DNA of 62,891 nucleotides, the filler included, from Folioceros fuciformis (lineage: Eukaryota), in NCBI GenBank assembly GCA_049999805.1. It is 10 parts of 10 records of this genome, joined end to end, with 100 filler letters (N's around TTAATTAATTAA, not from the genome) between each part and the next. Parts side by side here need not be neighbours in the genome. Positions count along the whole stretch, not along the records: positions 59,148 to 62,891 come from JBNGIO010000900.1; 9 more parts are not named here. One strand, 5' to 3'. Every line of letters begins with the position of its first letter. Position 1 is the first letter of the stretch. The notes under the pieces are model-generated. The model ran no database searches, was not told the origin of the DNA, and worked only from the letters and a program-made list of their open reading frames with translations. The translations under genes and the position numbers were made by a program. This document shows, in pieces, positions 60,274 to 62,891 of the stretch.

Positions 60274-62891
60274 TCAAACCTGGTTGGTCATACCAACCTG
60301 CAGCAACCTGCTGTAGGGGACGTGGAGGGCTTCACGGCTGGCCCTGAAGTTCCTCTTGATGAAGGCAAAGAAGTCGTTGATGACGAAGCTCCTCAACCAG
60401 CTGGAGCCCGGCCGGGCCTTGAGATCCACGGACCCCAGTACGTACACCACACCCGCCTCCTTGGCCTCCTGCAGGCTCACAAGCTCCTCTTGCACCAGCG
60501 CCGCCTCGGGGCCCGTGGCTTTGAACACCACGTCCCCATTTCCTGATTGCAGCACAACCTGCTTTTCGTTGTCAGGCGAATCGGAGCTCTCACCCAAGCC
60601 GGACTGGGCCTCGGAAGACGGGATCGGGCCATGGGAGAGTTCGGAGTCCCCGTCGCCCTGCTCGGAGACCGGCTGCGGGAGGTACTGATCGGCATCCAAG
60701 TTTGCCTCCGATTGCAGGAATTCCGCCAGGCTTTTCACCAGCCTCTGCTCAAATTCCTGGTGGTTCTCCGTCTCCAGGTCTCGATAGCCATAGCGGACAG
60801 CACAGCGGTACATCCGGTACTCCTTGGGGCCGACGCGGCGCATCAGGAACCTCTCATCCTCGGGAACGTGCCAGACCGGTAAGTGCTTCACGCAGACGAA
60901 GATGAGCGTGGAGTGGATGGCCGGGAGGTTGGTGATGAGGTGTGAGAAGATGGCGGGCACTCCCTGGGCGAGCTCGCTGTAGACCAGCCCGATCCCGGGC
61001 ACCCGGAGCATGCCCAGGCTCGAGCCCAGCCCGGTGACCCATTCCAGGGAGATTTTGTGCTGGACTTCGTACTGGTACTTCTGAACGTGCACGTAGTGCC
61101 AGACGTACATGAGGGTGAGGAAGACGACGGCGAAGACTAGAGGAACCCAGCCGCCTTGCGGAACTTTGTACAGGACGGCGGACAGGTAGATGGCCTCCAC
61201 GGACCCGAAGAGGCAGAGGTATAGGAGGGCGGAGACGATGTTGGTCTGCCAGATGAGAAGCATGACCAGGGTGACGAGGCAGGTGGTGATAACCATCACG
61301 CCAACCACGGCGATGCCGTACGCGTTACCGATCTTGACTGTGTCCTGGAACCCGGCTGTGACCAGGAGGCAGAGGATCATCAGGACCCAGTTCACTTCCG
61401 GGATGTAGATCTGGCCCGGGAAGCGCTTCGAGGTGTGGATGACCTTCACTGTGGGGAAGCAGCTCAAGGACATGGACTGGTGGACGATGGAGAAGGCCGC
61501 CGAGATCATGGCCTGACTCGCGATGATGGCCGCTGCCGTGGCTACGGCGAACATGGGCCAGTACACAGGTTCTGCCAAGACGGAACATTCCTGGACCCTT
61601 GCTTAGATGGCTTGTCACACGTCGCAAAGTCTTGCTGCACCAGGACGAATCGACCGACTGGGAGGCGCGGGAAGAAAGGCTTACTGGGGATGGACTTGTA
61701 GAAGGTCTGGCCCACGTTTTCGGGATGCTTCATCAGGTACGCTGCCTGCCCGGTGTACGTGATGATGAGGGACGGGTAGACGAAGGTGGTGAAGGCAATC
61801 TGGAACAAGCCCATCCATAGAGAGGTCCATCAGTCCTACACCGGTTGGTTCGTGGGTTTCAGGAAATGGCATGGCGAGTCTCCTGGAGTTGAGACACTGC
61901 TTACTTGGATCGATGGTACCGAGAAATGGCCAATGTCAGCAAACATGGCTTCCGTCCCTGCAAACCCATGGTGCTGCATGAGCTCTCGCAAGCAGCTGTG
62001 ACCGCCCAGCTGGCGTGGGGGCGGATGTCACCGTGGAGAACTCGTACCTGTGATGGCCAGCACGATTCCGCCAAGATGGATCCATCCATCCTTCTTGTTG
62101 TTGCGGAAGTAGTCGTACATGTAGTAGGGGTTGAAAGCCTTGAAAATGGATGGATCGTATTTGACAATGTTGTAGATGCCGATGAGGACATTGAAGGTGA
62201 ACCAGAGCACCACCGCCGGCGCAAACAGGAAAGACACCTTGTCCGTCCCTTTGTGTTGCAGAAGGAAGAGCAGAATCAAGACAATCACGGAGACCCATAC
62301 CACCACACCTGTCCCCAAGATTCGTGTGCACCACGAACAACAGTCAGTCAGTCTACAAAACCTACACCCACCCGGCCAGATTCAGACGTACGTAAACCCA
62401 CATCCGCCCCGACACGTACCTTTGCTCACGTTGGTCTCGCTATTCACTTGGAGTCCCGAAATAGCTGACAGAACTGCCCTTCCCCACACACAGCCGATCA
62501 GTACAGTCCAAGAAGAACGAATTCAAAGCACACGCCAACACCTGCCTCGGGCCGAAATCCCGACCGCACAAATCTCAGCCCAGCATGCTACACAAGGAGA
62601 CAGCACACCCAGCACCTGATATAGAGGGCGTCAAGACACCGTCCCCAATAATCAGAGAGGTAGCAAGCAGCACGACTATGAGCAGCCCTTTCTTCAACAG
62701 CTCGCTCCCCTCCAGCCGATCCTTGAGCCATCCAGAAATCTTCTTATTCCGCGAAGGCAACGAGAGACTAAACGTGGAGAGCTCCCGATCCTCGTAGGTA
62801 TGATTCCCCACGAGCCCCACCTTCGCAAACCGGCAGATGAGCGAGTAGAGCGCGAACGTCCCACCTACACCCACACCCACACCCAGCCCAT
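60274..62891 (-). CDS. HAK/KUP/KT potassium transporter, 5'-truncated at window end
   Basis: GGTFALYSLICR, IIGDGVLTPSIS, GTDKVSFLFAP, LGGIVLAITGTEAMFADIGHF, AAIIASQA, GQIYIPEVNW, GNAYG, RVPGIGLVYSEL, YRCAVRYGY, LLQVGM. Confidence 0.95.

Overview
Eukaryotic nuclear DNA from a compact, short-intron land-plant genome. It is almost certainly a plant with flagellated sperm (IFT70 is present), and LL-like PPR motifs and a DYW:WW-type domain point to a hornwort, fern or lycophyte. The window is ten contigs joined by artificial 100-bp linkers (N-run + TTAATTAATTAA + N-run), so adjacency across linkers is unreliable. I reconstructed about 15 genes by hand, most of them spliced: an At3g21465-like organellar helical protein, adenylosuccinate lyase, a PSY-like sulfated-peptide precursor, RBM41, IFT70 (partial), FBL4, SLT1 with a candidate conserved uORF, ARABIDILLO, FANCB-like, an LRR fragment, a DnaJ-type zinc finger, a multi U1-type zinc-finger ORF, aminoacylase-1, two divergent PLS-PPR genes and a HAK/KUP transporter (partial). 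Nested Copia/Gypsy LTR retroelement debris and minisatellites occupy about 25.9-36.6 kb and 41.9-44.4 kb. The most interesting signals are (1) a PPR protein fused to an OSB-type PDF ssDNA-binding motif, head-to-head with a PPR whose DYW deaminase is catalytically dead, (2) a plant RBM41 ortholog with orphan U12-type 5' splice-site motifs in its introns, (3) a FANCB-like gene, and (4) a PSY-like peptide gene and an SLT1 uORF that ORF calling misses or obscures. All homology calls come from recalled motifs, not database searches.
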